In this document: one piece after another, positions 44,399 through 53,341 of the stretch
How positions within the stretch are numbered: the first letter of the stretch is position 1
Layout: each line of letters starts with the position of its first letter
Assembly (NCBI GenBank): GCA_002371495.1
Contig: DFIX01000019.1
Location: 30,207 to 94,206 of the forward strand
Source of the DNA: Eggerthellaceae bacterium UBA3686
Lineage (GTDB): Bacteria > Actinomycetota > Coriobacteriia > Coriobacteriales > Eggerthellaceae
Reading direction: 5' to 3'
DNA length: 64,000 nucleotides
Translations under genes and position numbers: made by a program
The notes under the pieces: model-generated
What the model saw: only the letters and a program-made list of their open reading frames with translations
Databases searched by the model: none
What the model was told of the DNA's origin: nothing

Positions 44399-46621
44399 CT
44401 ACAGATGCAGAACGCGGTCTTTGATCTCTTCGGTGCGGCCTTGGTTCCAGTACTGGGTACCGATGTAGCCGCAGGTACGGCGTGCGACGTTCATCGTATC
44501 TTGGTTGCGGTTGCCGCAGCTGGGGCATTCCCACACGAGCTTGCCGTCGTCCTCGACGATGGCGATCTCGCCGTCGAAGCCGCATTTCTGGCAGTAGTCC
44601 GACTTGGTGTTCAGCTCGGCGTACATGATGTTGTCGTAGATGAACTGCATGACGCGGATGACTGCCTGCAGGTTGTCCTGCATATCGGGCACCTCGACGT
44701 AGCTGATCGCGCCACCCGGCGAGAGCTTCTGGAACTCGGACTCGAACTTGAGCTTCTGGAAAGCGTCGATCTCTTCGGTGACGTGCACGTGGTAGCTGTT
44801 GGTGATGTAGCCCTTGTCGGTGATGCCCTTGATGATGCCGAAGCGGCGCTGCAGAGCCTTTGCGAACTTGTAGGTCGTCGACTCGAGCGGCGTGCCGTAC
44901 AGCGAGTAGTCGATGTTTTCGGCAGCTTTCCATTCTGCGCACTTGTCGTTCATGTGTTGCATGACGGCCAGCGCGAACGGCGTGGCTTCTTTGTCGGTGT
45001 GGCTGTGGCCCGTCATGTACTTGACGCATTCGTACAGGCCAGCGTAGCCCAAGCTGATCGTGGAGTACCCGCCGTAGAGCAGCTTGTCGATGGTCTCGCC
45101 CTTGTTCAGGCGCGCGAGCGCACCATACTGCCAAAGGATCGGGGCCGCGTCCGAAAGCGTGCCGCGCAGGCGCTCGTGACGGCAGCGCAGCGCGCGGTGG
45201 CAGAGCTCGAGGCGCTCGTCGAAGATCTCCCAGAACTTCTGCATGTCGCCGTAGCTCGAAAGCGCCACGTCAGGAAGGCTGATCGTAACGACGCCCTGGT
45301 TGAAGCGGCCGTAATACTTCGGCTTGCCCGGCTCGTAGTTGCCGGCGCGGGCGACGTTGTCATAGCCGTTGCCCGAGCGGTCGGGGGTCAGAAACGAACG
45401 GCAGCCCATGCAGGTGTAGGTATCGCCCTCGCCCACTTCTTCGCCCTTCGAGAGCTTGTACTCGCGCATTTTCTTCTCGGAGATATAGTCGGGCACCATG
45501 CGCTTGGCGGTGCATTTGGCCGCAAGCTTGGTCAGGTAGAAGTAGCGCGAGTCCTCGTGCACGTTGTCTTCCTCGAGCACGTAGATGAGCTTGGGGAATG
45601 CCGGGGTGATCCAAACGCCGGCCTCGTTTTTCACGCCCTCGTAGCGCTGGCGCAGCATTTCCTCGATGATGAGGGCCAGATCTTGCTTCTGCTGGTCGTC
45701 CTTGGCTTCGTTCAGGTACATGAACACCGTGATGAATGGCGCCTGGCCGTTGGTCGTCATGAGCGTGACCACCTGGTACTGGATGGTCTGCACGCCGCGG
45801 CGGATCTCGTCGCGCACGCGCGCCTCGACAACCTCGTTGAGCTTGTCGGCCGAGGGCTCGAAACCAAACGCGTTCATCTCCTCGATGACGTTGCGTCGAA
45901 TCTTCTGGCGGCTGATGTCGACAAACGGCGCCAGGTGCGTCAGGCTGATGGACTGTCCGCCGTACTGGCAACTGGCGACCTGGGCGATGATCTGCGTGGC
46001 GATGTTGCAAGCGGTCGAGAAGCTGTGCGGCTTCTCGATCATCGTGCCCGAGATGACCGTGCCGTTCTGCAGCATGTCCTCGAGGTTGACCAAGTCGCAG
46101 TTGTGCATGTGCTGTGCAAAGTAGTCGGAATCGTGGAAATGTATGATGCCCTGCGTGTGCGCCTCGACGACGTCGGCCGGCAGCAGGTTGCGCATGGTCA
46201 GGTCCTTCGAGACCTCGCCGGCCATGTAGTCTCGCTGCACCGAGACGACGGTGGGGTTCTTGTTGGAGTTTTCTTGCTTGACTTCCTCGTTGTTCGACTC
46301 GATGAGGGCCAGAATCTGATCGTCGGTCGTGTTCTTGTGACGCTTCTGATTTTGCAGGTAGCGGTAGATGATGTACTTGCGAGCGACCTCGAAGCGGTCG
46401 AGGCGCATGATCTCGTCCTCGACCATATCTTGCACTTCCTCGACTGAGACGGTATGGCCCGCGCGCTCGCATTCGTCGGCGACATTGGCCGATGCGTACA
46501 TGATCTGACGCTCGGTCAGGCGGTCGGCCTCGGCAACTTCGGCGTTGGCCTTGGCGATGGCCGACGAGATCTTATTTATATCGAAGGCTACTTCGCTGCC
46601 GTTGCGCTTGATAATCTTCAT
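44399..46621 (-). CDS. nrdD: anaerobic ribonucleoside-triphosphate reductase
   Basis: N-terminal ATP-cone (MKIIKRNGSEVAFDINKI), C-terminal zinc ribbon (CQKCGF...CPSCGN) and glycyl-radical motif RRTCGYIG. Confidence 0.95.
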   Translation of the reverse strand: MKIIKRNGSEVAFDINKISSAIAKANAEVAEADRLTERQIMYASANVADECERAGHTVSVEEVQDMVEDEIMRLDRFEVARKYIIYRYLQNQKRHKNTTDDQILALIESNNEEVKQENSNKNPTVVSVQRDYMAGEVSKDLTMRNLLPADVVEAHTQGIIHFHDSDYFAQHMHNCDLVNLEDMLQNGTVISGTMIEKPHSFSTACNIATQIIAQVASCQYGGQSISLTHLAPFVDISRQKIRRNVIEEMNAFGFEPSADKLNEVVEARVRDEIRRGVQTIQYQVVTLMTTNGQAPFITVFMYLNEAKDDQQKQDLALIIEEMLRQRYEGVKNEAGVWITPAFPKLIYVLEEDNVHEDSRYFYLTKLAAKCTAKRMVPDYISEKKMREYKLSKGEEVGEGDTYTCMGCRSFLTPDRSGNGYDNVARAGNYEPGKPKYYGRFNQGVVTISLPDVALSSYGDMQKFWEIFDERLELCHRALRCRHERLRGTLSDAAPILWQYGALARLNKGETIDKLLYGGYSTISLGYAGLYECVKYMTGHSHTDKEATPFALAVMQHMNDKCAEWKAAENIDYSLYGTPLESTTYKFAKALQRRFGIIKGITDKGYITNSYHVHVTEEIDAFQKLKFESEFQKLSPGGAISYVEVPDMQDNLQAVIRVMQFIYDNIMYAELNTKSDYCQKCGFDGEIAIVEDDGKLVWECPSCGNRNQDTMNVARRTCGYIGTQYWNQGRTEEIKDRVLHL

Positions 46622-46748
46622 GGCTCCCCCTGCTCCTTTTCTACGGCGATTAGCGATTTCGGTGTTCTTCGTTAGGGTTAGGGCCCGCAGGCTCGTGATT
46701 CAACGAGCCTTATGATACGACAACAATTCACGTTTTGATGTGAAATCT

Positions 46749-46764
46749 ATACAATATCTTGTAT
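46749..46764. promoter_or_regulatory. candidate NrdR box upstream of nrdD
   Basis: ATACAATATCTTGTAT matches 13 of 16 positions of the remembered NrdR consensus acaCwAtATaTwGtgt. A weaker palindrome TTCACGTTTTGATGTGAA at 46727-46744 lies 21 bp centre-to-centre away. Confidence 0.4.
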
Positions 46765-46877
46765 GTAGTTTGCAATAAGTTACCTACTTCTTGTGTTTTT
46801 GCAGGTCATCCATATATTCGGCGAACGGGCCTGTTTGCATTAGAAGCTACCATGCGCACGGGCCTTCCACTCGCCCG

Positions 46878-46979
46878 CCCGGCTCAACGGCAGGGCGCTA
46901 GGCCTTCAGCTGCTCGCGTTTTAGAATGTTTGAGATTTGTAGCTGCGCAAGCGGCTACGCACCCTTCCGTTGAGCCGGG
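46878..46979 (+). repeat. subfamily-2 hairpin repeat
   Basis: Arms CCCGGCTCAACGGCAGGGCG and CGCACCCTTCCGTTGAGCCGGG. Apical TTAGAATGTTTGAGATTTGTAGCTGCGCAAGCGGCTACGC resembles the C11 apical module. Confidence 0.75.
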
Positions 46980-47224
46980 CTACCCTGGATTGGCCAATAA
47001 CCGTTAGACTGCAAGAAGGGCACGCATCCCTTAGGATCTTGCAATTCTCCTTTATGTTTGACGAAAGGGGATGGTCCTCTTTTTCGTCGTTTGCGTCGCT
47101 ATCTGCAAAACTGCGAAGCGTACCTGCGCGGCGTTCTCGCAATCTTCTTTTAGATTGTGTACAATCTTTTCCAAAAGGAAGCAGTCGTGATTGCCGTCTG
47201 AACTGGCGGCTGATTGGAGCGAAC

Positions 47225-48154
47225 ATGGAAGAGAAGACGTACGACGTAATCATAATCGGCGCTGGTCCAGCGGGTCTGACCGCCGGGCTCTACGCCGCCC
47301 GCGGTGGGCTGAGCGCTCTTGCCATCGAACGCATAACGCCTGGTGGGCAGCTAGCACAGACCGACAAGGTCGAAAACTACCCCGGCTTTCCGCAGGGCGC
47401 CGAGGGTTGGCAGCTTGCTTACGACATGCAGATGCAGGCCGAGTCATTCGGCCTTGAAATCGCGACCGACGACATCGTATCGGTCGATTTCACGGCAGAG
47501 CCCAAGAAGCTCGTCGCCGCTTCGGGCAACGTCTACTACGCGCGCAGCGTCGTCATCGCCTCTGGCGCGCGGCCGCGCAAGCTCGGCACACCCGGCGAGG
47601 GCGAGCTTGCCGGTAAGGGAGTTTCGTATTGCGCTACCTGTGACGGCAACTTCTTCCGCGGCAAGGACGTAGCGGTTGTCGGCGGCGGCAACACGGCGGC
47701 GGGCGATGCGATCTACCTCGCTCGCATCTGCAGCAAGGTCTATCTGGTGCATCGCCGCGACGAGCTGCGCGCCACAAAGGTCTACCACGACCGTCTCGCC
47801 GAAACCGGCAACGTCGAGTTCGTGTGGAACTCGGTTTCGCAGCGCATCGAGCCCAACGAGAACGGCACCGTCGGCGCGCTCGTCGTCACCGACAAGAACA
47901 CGGGCGTTGAGCGCACGCTCGACTGCTCCGCCGTGTTCGTGGCCGTGGGCACCGAGCCAAACACCGATTTCCTGGCGGGTGCAGTCGAGCTCGACGAGGC
48001 GGGCTACGTCGTCTCGGACGAGTCGGGCCGCACGAGCGCTCCCGGCGTCTTCGCCGCCGGCGACGTGCGCACCAAGGCGCTGCGCCAGGTGGTCACGGCC
48101 GTCTCGGACGGCGCTCAAGCTGCCGAGAACGCGGCCGAATACTTGGCACTGTAA
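47225..48154 (+). CDS. trxB: thioredoxin-disulfide reductase
   Basis: YDVIIIGAGPAGLTAGLYAAR, redox-active CATCDG, second Rossmann motif VVGGGNTAAGDA. First plausible ATG is 47225 (track ORF from 46970 is an upstream extension). Confidence 0.9.
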   Translation: MEEKTYDVIIIGAGPAGLTAGLYAARGGLSALAIERITPGGQLAQTDKVENYPGFPQGAEGWQLAYDMQMQAESFGLEIATDDIVSVDFTAEPKKLVAASGNVYYARSVVIASGARPRKLGTPGEGELAGKGVSYCATCDGNFFRGKDVAVVGGGNTAAGDAIYLARICSKVYLVHRRDELRATKVYHDRLAETGNVEFVWNSVSQRIEPNENGTVGALVVTDKNTGVERTLDCSAVFVAVGTEPNTDFLAGAVELDEAGYVVSDESGRTSAPGVFAAGDVRTKALRQVVTAVSDGAQAAENAAEYLAL

Positions 48155-48223
48155 GAAGGCTCGGATTCCACTGCGGCAAAACATAGCTCAGCCCCACCAC
48201 TGCGGGGGCAGCCTAAACTGCGT

Positions 48224-48240
48224 AAAGGGGTCTGACCCCT
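48224..48240. terminator. short palindrome AAAGGGGTCTGACCCCT downstream of trxB
   Basis: Same GGGGTC-T-GACCCC core as at 33147-33158. It lies 70 nt after the trxB stop. Confidence 0.45.
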
Positions 48241-48256
48241 ATATCCCTACGACGTA

Positions 48257-48436
48257 GCGAAAGCGCAGGTGGGGACGTGACATCGGCGATTCTGCAGGGC
48301 CGAGCGCCCGGAAAACGAGCCGGTGGCTCGTTTTCAGCGAGGCCGGGCAAGCTTTAGCTTGCCCCCGTACATATTTAAGGAGCCGTCAAGGTTGATACGA
48401 AGCCAAGCCGATGCGCGTCCCCACCTGCGCTTTCGC
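48257..48436 (-). repeat. long (180-nt) variant of the hairpin repeat, copy C10
   Basis: Nearly identical over its whole length to 35772-35951, with only a few substitutions visible by eye. Confidence 0.9.
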
Positions 48437-48555
48437 GGACAATCGGCTCGACCGTGCAGGCTTGATACCAAATAAGGGAGACTCCCCCTTTTGCGCATTT
48501 TGAGCTGCCCCGGGAAGCGGCGCATGCCGCACCGCTGCTTTGTCGTCGTGAGCGG

Positions 48556-49656
48556 TTAGGCTTTCCTCACATACACGCTGTAATACCCAGCAGCATCCTT
48601 CACGGTCGTGGTCATGCGCTGTTCTTCGCGATACCCCAAGCTCGCAAGCAGGTCGGTCCAGCTCGGCGCCGTAATGCCGTTGTAGTAGTCGCTAAGGTTC
48701 GACCCTCTTCTCGTGACGACGTTGCCTTGGGCGTCGACGTACTTGTAGCCGTTCGCGGTCAACGTGGCGTAACCGAACTGATCGAGTATGGGATAGTTGG
48801 CGGATTGAGCGTACGTCATCGTCACGGCGGGACTGTACAGCGCTATATCAGGCGACGCCTTCGTGCCGTAGCTTCCGCCCTTGAGCAGGATGCGCGCATT
48901 CTTCGAGGCAATGTTTACGCCGCACCCGTAATGCATGAACTGGCCCCTGTAGTTGTTGGCGCCCGCACGCACCCACGGATTGCCCGTCGCGTAAAGCCTC
49001 GAGCTACCGAAGAGCGCCACGCCGTTGCCGATGCTTTGCACCTTGCTCTTGCCTTGCAAGTAGCATTTCGCATTGCCGTACAGCATGATGGCAGAGGTGA
49101 TATCCGAGCGGAACTCGGTAGCATTGTCCACGACGCTGCCGCTTTTCAGGTAGAACTTGCCCTTGCCTTGCACGACGACGGCCGCAGTCTCGGTGGAGTA
49201 CAGAATGCCCTTGCCCTTTTTGTTGGACGTCTTCAGCACGACGGTGCCCTTCTTGATGTAAAGCGGGCTTACCGTACGCAGGGGCACGCCCTTGTATGCG
49301 GTCTTCACCTTCTTGCCGTTCAGGTCGATGGTGTACTTCTTGTTCTTGGATATGGTCAGGTAGTATTTCTCGCTCGGCAACGTGATGTTTCTCATGACCT
49401 TGAAGTTGCCGCCCTTGTATTTCGATATGTTTCTCCACTGAGTTGCGGTCCTGATCTTTATGACCTTCGTCTTCTTCGCCTGGGTCTTGACGGAAACCGC
49501 CTTCTCGGCCGGGGCCGCGGCAGCAGAGCCGGCTTTCAGGCTTGCAGCCAATGCAGGCGCCGGGAAGGCGAATGAAAGGCAAAGCGCAAGACAGGCCAGC
49601 GCGGCAACCCCAATACCTATGACTCTTGCAGATAACACCCTTGTCCGTGAAGCCAT
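48556..49656 (-). CDS. secreted Lys-rich protein, hypothetical (possible beta-helix)
   Basis: Signal peptide IGIGVAALACLALCLSFAFPAPALAAS. Repeated G-x-x-K/Y-L-x-G-x-S turns (GKGKFYLKSGS, GNAKCYLQGKS, NARILLKGGS). Sample line is 48% GC. Confidence 0.7.
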   Translation of the reverse strand: MASRTRVLSARVIGIGVAALACLALCLSFAFPAPALAASLKAGSAAAAPAEKAVSVKTQAKKTKVIKIRTATQWRNISKYKGGNFKVMRNITLPSEKYYLTISKNKKYTIDLNGKKVKTAYKGVPLRTVSPLYIKKGTVVLKTSNKKGKGILYSTETAAVVVQGKGKFYLKSGSVVDNATEFRSDITSAIMLYGNAKCYLQGKSKVQSIGNGVALFGSSRLYATGNPWVRAGANNYRGQFMHYGCGVNIASKNARILLKGGSYGTKASPDIALYSPAVTMTYAQSANYPILDQFGYATLTANGYKYVDAQGNVVTRRGSNLSDYYNGITAPSWTDLLASLGYREEQRMTTTVKDAAGYYSVYVRKA

Positions 49657-49751
49657 ATGAGCACCTTCCTTCCTTATGGAAACCGAAAAACGCGGACCTG
49701 CGCTGTTTGCGTAAGCCCGCGCATTTCATATGCAGAGCTGGAACAGCGCGC

Positions 49752-50579
49752 CTACCGGATCTTGAAATTTTTCTGGTACATGCCCGTGTAGCCGCCCCAG
49801 GTGGCATTACGGTATCCGTAGACCGCGACGTTCCACTTGTTCTTCGTTGGGTAGCTATAGGTCGAGCGCTTGGCCGACGTTACCGAGTAGGTCTTCTTGC
49901 CCTTCTTGACCTTGAACTTCTTGCCGTTGATCCAGATGAACTTGGTCTTGGGCAGCTTCTTGAACGTAACGGTCGTCTTTACCTTGTAGGTGTAGAAGTT
50001 CACCGAGCCCCAGTAGATGACGTAGCCAAACACGTGCTGTTTGTGCTTCTTGACGTTTATGGCCTTGACCTTGACTGACTTGATGGCGGGTTTGCCCTTG
50101 GGACCGGTCTTGAAGGTGAAGGTCTTGGAATAGCCGCTGCGCGTCGTGAAGTTGTACAGATACAGCCCGTTTGCGTTGGGCTCGTAGTAAAGACGCGCTA
50201 CATACGTCTTGTTCGGCTTCAGGCCCTTGATCCTGTAACCATTGCTTTCTTGCAGGTTCATCCAGCCCGAAGTCTTCCATTTGGTGCTGCCCTTGGCCCG
50301 ATACTCCATGTACAAGACGCAACCGCCTTTATAGGCAGGAGTCGGATCGAAGTCGAGGTACGTCGAGTAGACCTGGTACATCGACGCCTTGTTAACCGGC
50401 ACGGCGTCGATCTGGCCTGGCGTAAGGCTCTGAGCCATCAGCATGCCACTCGAGGCGGAACCGCTTTCGGCAGCGTAGGCAGCGGTACCCGAAAGCGATA
50501 CCAGGGCAGCGCTTGCAGCCAGCGTCAGAATCAAGACGAGAACCTTCTGCGTAAGGCCCAGTTTTACGGTCTTGCCCAT
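49752..50579 (-). CDS. secreted Lys-rich protein with an FN3-like domain, hypothetical
   Basis: ATG 50579 is preceded by GGGGAGC (track ORF to 50714). Signal peptide [29 protein letters not shown]3-like [43 protein letters not shown]. Confidence 0.7.
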   Translation of the reverse strand: MGKTVKLGLTQKVLVLILTLAASAALVSLSGTAAYAAESGSASSGMLMAQSLTPGQIDAVPVNKASMYQVYSTYLDFDPTPAYKGGCVLYMEYRAKGSTKWKTSGWMNLQESNGYRIKGLKPNKTYVARLYYEPNANGLYLYNFTTRSGYSKTFTFKTGPKGKPAIKSVKVKAINVKKHKQHVFGYVIYWGSVNFYTYKVKTTVTFKKLPKTKFIWINGKKFKVKKGKKTYSVTSAKRSTYSYPTKNKWNVAVYGYRNATWGGYTGMYQKNFKIR

Positions 50580-51009
50580 GGTTGCTCCCCTTTCCCGCCT
50601 TTTCGGCGCGAAACGGATGATCCGCCCGCATCCGAAGCGGCGCCTCGCCACGCGCCATACGTCTGCAATTCGTGGAATGCCAACGTCAACTATACCCGAA
50701 TTCGTCCGCGTCAATGGCGTAACTCAGTTGTCAGTTCGTCAACTTTTGGCTCTTCAGCATGACATGTTGGCAAGTGCATGTTGGACAAGCATTCGTCAGC
50801 CGGTGCTCCCACGATGCGCGCACATTATGCGGAAACGGTCAACGTCCGCGAAACCGCAGCACACGATGGTAGAATCGCCGTATGAAATCGATGCGTACAA
50901 CGTTCTATTAGCGCACAGCGCCCAGGGCGCTTCTTTTCGTGCGCCCGATTCCCAACGCCGCAATACGCATCTAATCCCTTTCCCACAACCATATATGGAG
51001 GAACCAACC

Positions 51010-52092
51010 ATGGCAGATACCAGCATGCGCGACAAGCTCGAGAAGATCATCGAAGCCTATGAGGAACTGCAGGCCAAGATGGGCGACCCGGCCGTGCTCG
51101 CCGACCAGAAGGAATACAACCGCCTTGCCAAGGAGTACGCCAACCAGGGCCCGCTCGTCAAGCAGGCGCGCATCTACGTGCAGGACGAGGACGACCTTGC
51201 CGAGGCGAAGGAAATGCTCGACGACCCCGACATGAAGGAGTTCGCGCAGGAAGAGATCGCCCGCATCGAGGCCGAGCTTCCCGGCATCGAGGAAGAGATC
51301 AAGTTCATGCTGATCCCGGCCGACCCCGCCGACGAAAAGGACATCATCGTCGAAATCCGCGGCGGTGCGGGCGGCGACGAGGCCAAGATCTTCGCAGGCG
51401 ACCTGTTCAAGATGTACGAGCGTTTCGCCGCCGAGCACAAGTGGAAGATCGAGCTGCTCGACGTCATGCCCTCCGAAGCTGGCGGCTACTCCGAAATATC
51501 GTTCAAGGTCAAGGGCGACAAGGTCTATTCGCTCATGAAGTTCGAATCGGGCGTGCACCGCGTGCAGCGCGTCCCCAAGACCGAGAGCCAGGGACGTATC
51601 CACACTTCCACCGCCACGGTGGCAGTCCTGCCCGAGGCCGACGAGGTCGAAGTCGAAATCAAGAACGAGGACCTGCGCATCGACGTGTACCGCGCCGGCG
51701 GCCCGGGCGGCCAGTGCGTCAACACCACCGACTCGGCCGTGCGCATCACGCACCTGCCCACCGGGCTCGTCGTGCAGTCGCAGGACCAAAAGTCGCAGCT
51801 GCAGAACAAGATCGCGGCCATGGCCGTCCTGCGTGCCCGCCTGTACGAGAAGATGCTTGCCGAGCAGCGCGAGGCAGAAGGCGCCGAACGTCGCGCGCAG
51901 GTCGGCACCGGCGACCGCTCCGAGAAGATCCGTACCTACAACGGCCCGCAGGACCGCGTGACCGACCACCGCATCGGCTACAACGGCACCTACAACGGTG
52001 TACTGCTCGGCTCGGGCGGCGCCGGCCTCGGCGAGCTGATCACGGCGCTGCAGGCCGCCGACCGTGCCAAGAAGCTCGAGCAGGCGGTGTAG
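51010..52092 (+). CDS. prfA: peptide chain release factor 1
   Basis: ATG 51010 is preceded by GGAGG. PKT tripeptide in [14 protein letters not shown] and GGQ motif in [19 protein letters not shown]. Confidence 0.95.
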   Translation: MADTSMRDKLEKIIEAYEELQAKMGDPAVLADQKEYNRLAKEYANQGPLVKQARIYVQDEDDLAEAKEMLDDPDMKEFAQEEIARIEAELPGIEEEIKFMLIPADPADEKDIIVEIRGGAGGDEAKIFAGDLFKMYERFAAEHKWKIELLDVMPSEAGGYSEISFKVKGDKVYSLMKFESGVHRVQRVPKTESQGRIHTSTATVAVLPEADEVEVEIKNEDLRIDVYRAGGPGGQCVNTTDSAVRITHLPTGLVVQSQDQKSQLQNKIAAMAVLRARLYEKMLAEQREAEGAERRAQVGTGDRSEKIRTYNGPQDRVTDHRIGYNGTYNGVLLGSGGAGLGELITALQAADRAKKLEQAV

Positions 52093-52185
52093 AAACCAAA
52101 GAGGACCCGTTACCGTCCTCGACGCTTCGTTGCTCGATTAAGTACGTTCGCGCTTTAACACCTTCAAACCAGCTTAGGAGCTCCC

Positions 52186-53316
52186 ATGGCCGACGAAACT
52201 TGGACTGTCAAGCGGATTCTCGAGTGGGTCGAGGGTTACCTTGCGCAGCACGGCGACGAGAGCCCGCGCGTATCGGCGCAATGGCTCGTCGGCGAGGCGC
52301 TCGGAGTGTCGCGTATGCAGCTGTTCCTGGATGCAGAGCGCCCGCTGACCCAAGACGAGCGCGCGGTTCTGCGCGATTGGACGCGCCGGCGCGGCGCGGG
52401 CGAGCCGCTGCAGTACATCACCGGCGAGACGGCTTTCCGCCACATCACGGTCAAGGTGCGCAAGGGGGTCCTCATTCCCCGGCCCGAAACCGAGGTCCTG
52501 GTAAGCGAAGCGCTGTCGCTTCTGCCAGCAGCGCCCAAGCCCCAAGATGCTCACGACGATGCGCTTCTGGCCCTTGCTGAGCGGCTCACGGCGGAGCGCA
52601 GTTCCGAAGAGAACGACGAAACCACAGGGATCGGAGCCGTCAGCAACGACGCTCATAGCGAAGCGGTCTCCGACGGCGCCGGCGGTACGAGCCCTGATTC
52701 GCCTGGCAACGGCGCGCATGGCACTGAATATGGCGAAGGCTTCATTGCTTCCAGCGCAGATTCCGATGCTGCTAATTCCGCCCAAAAAGCTGAAAGGTCG
52801 CAGCTGACCGTGGTCGACCTTTGCACGGGAACCGGCTGCATTGCGTGCTCGATTGCCTACGAGCATCCGCTGACGCACGTGTACGCGACCGACATCGCAT
52901 CCGAAGCTGTAGCGCTGGCGCACGAGAACGTGTGCGCCCTCGACTTGCAGGATCGCGTCGAAGTGCTGGAGTGTGACCTCGGCTCGGGCGTTCCCCAGGA
53001 TGCGCTTGGCAGCATCGACCTGGTCATCTCGAACCCGCCCTACGTGCCGACCGAGGTCATGGGCCGCATCCCCTCGGAAGTCGCCCACTTCGAGCCCGCG
53101 CTCGCGCTCGACGGCGGTCCCGACGGACTCGACGTGTTCCGCAGGATCCTTGCCTGGAGCGCCGAGGCACTCGCCCCTGGCGGCGCCTTGGCCGTCGAGC
53201 TCCACGAGACCTGCCTCGACCAGGCTGCCGAGCTCGCGCGCGAGGCCGGCTTTGCCGACGTGCGCATTGCCCGCGACCTCGCCGACCGACCCCGCATCCT
53301 TACCGCCCGCAAATAG
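52186..53316 (+). CDS. prmC: release-factor glutamine N5-methyltransferase with a ~90-aa low-complexity insertion
   Basis: EPLQYITGETAFR, VDLCTGTGCIA and NPPY (DLVISNPPYVP). Immediately downstream of prfA. Confidence 0.9.
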   Translation: MADETWTVKRILEWVEGYLAQHGDESPRVSAQWLVGEALGVSRMQLFLDAERPLTQDERAVLRDWTRRRGAGEPLQYITGETAFRHITVKVRKGVLIPRPETEVLVSEALSLLPAAPKPQDAHDDALLALAERLTAERSSEENDETTGIGAVSNDAHSEAVSDGAGGTSPDSPGNGAHGTEYGEGFIASSADSDAANSAQKAERSQLTVVDLCTGTGCIACSIAYEHPLTHVYATDIASEAVALAHENVCALDLQDRVEVLECDLGSGVPQDALGSIDLVISNPPYVPTEVMGRIPSEVAHFEPALALDGGPDGLDVFRRILAWSAEALAPGGALAVELHETCLDQAAELAREAGFADVRIARDLADRPRILTARK

Positions 53317-53341
53317 CTGGCCAATCGCCCCCGAGGCTTCG

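Noticed and set aside
50572-51009. N-terminal extensions in the ORF track: 506-aa PrfA, 394-aa TrxB from 46970, 371-aa ROK kinase to 37871, 320-aa FN3 protein to 50714, and others.
   Set aside because: The extensions are Arg/Pro-rich with no homology. Conserved N-termini begin at internal ATGs, and most of those internal ATGs are preceded by good Shine-Dalgarno sequences.
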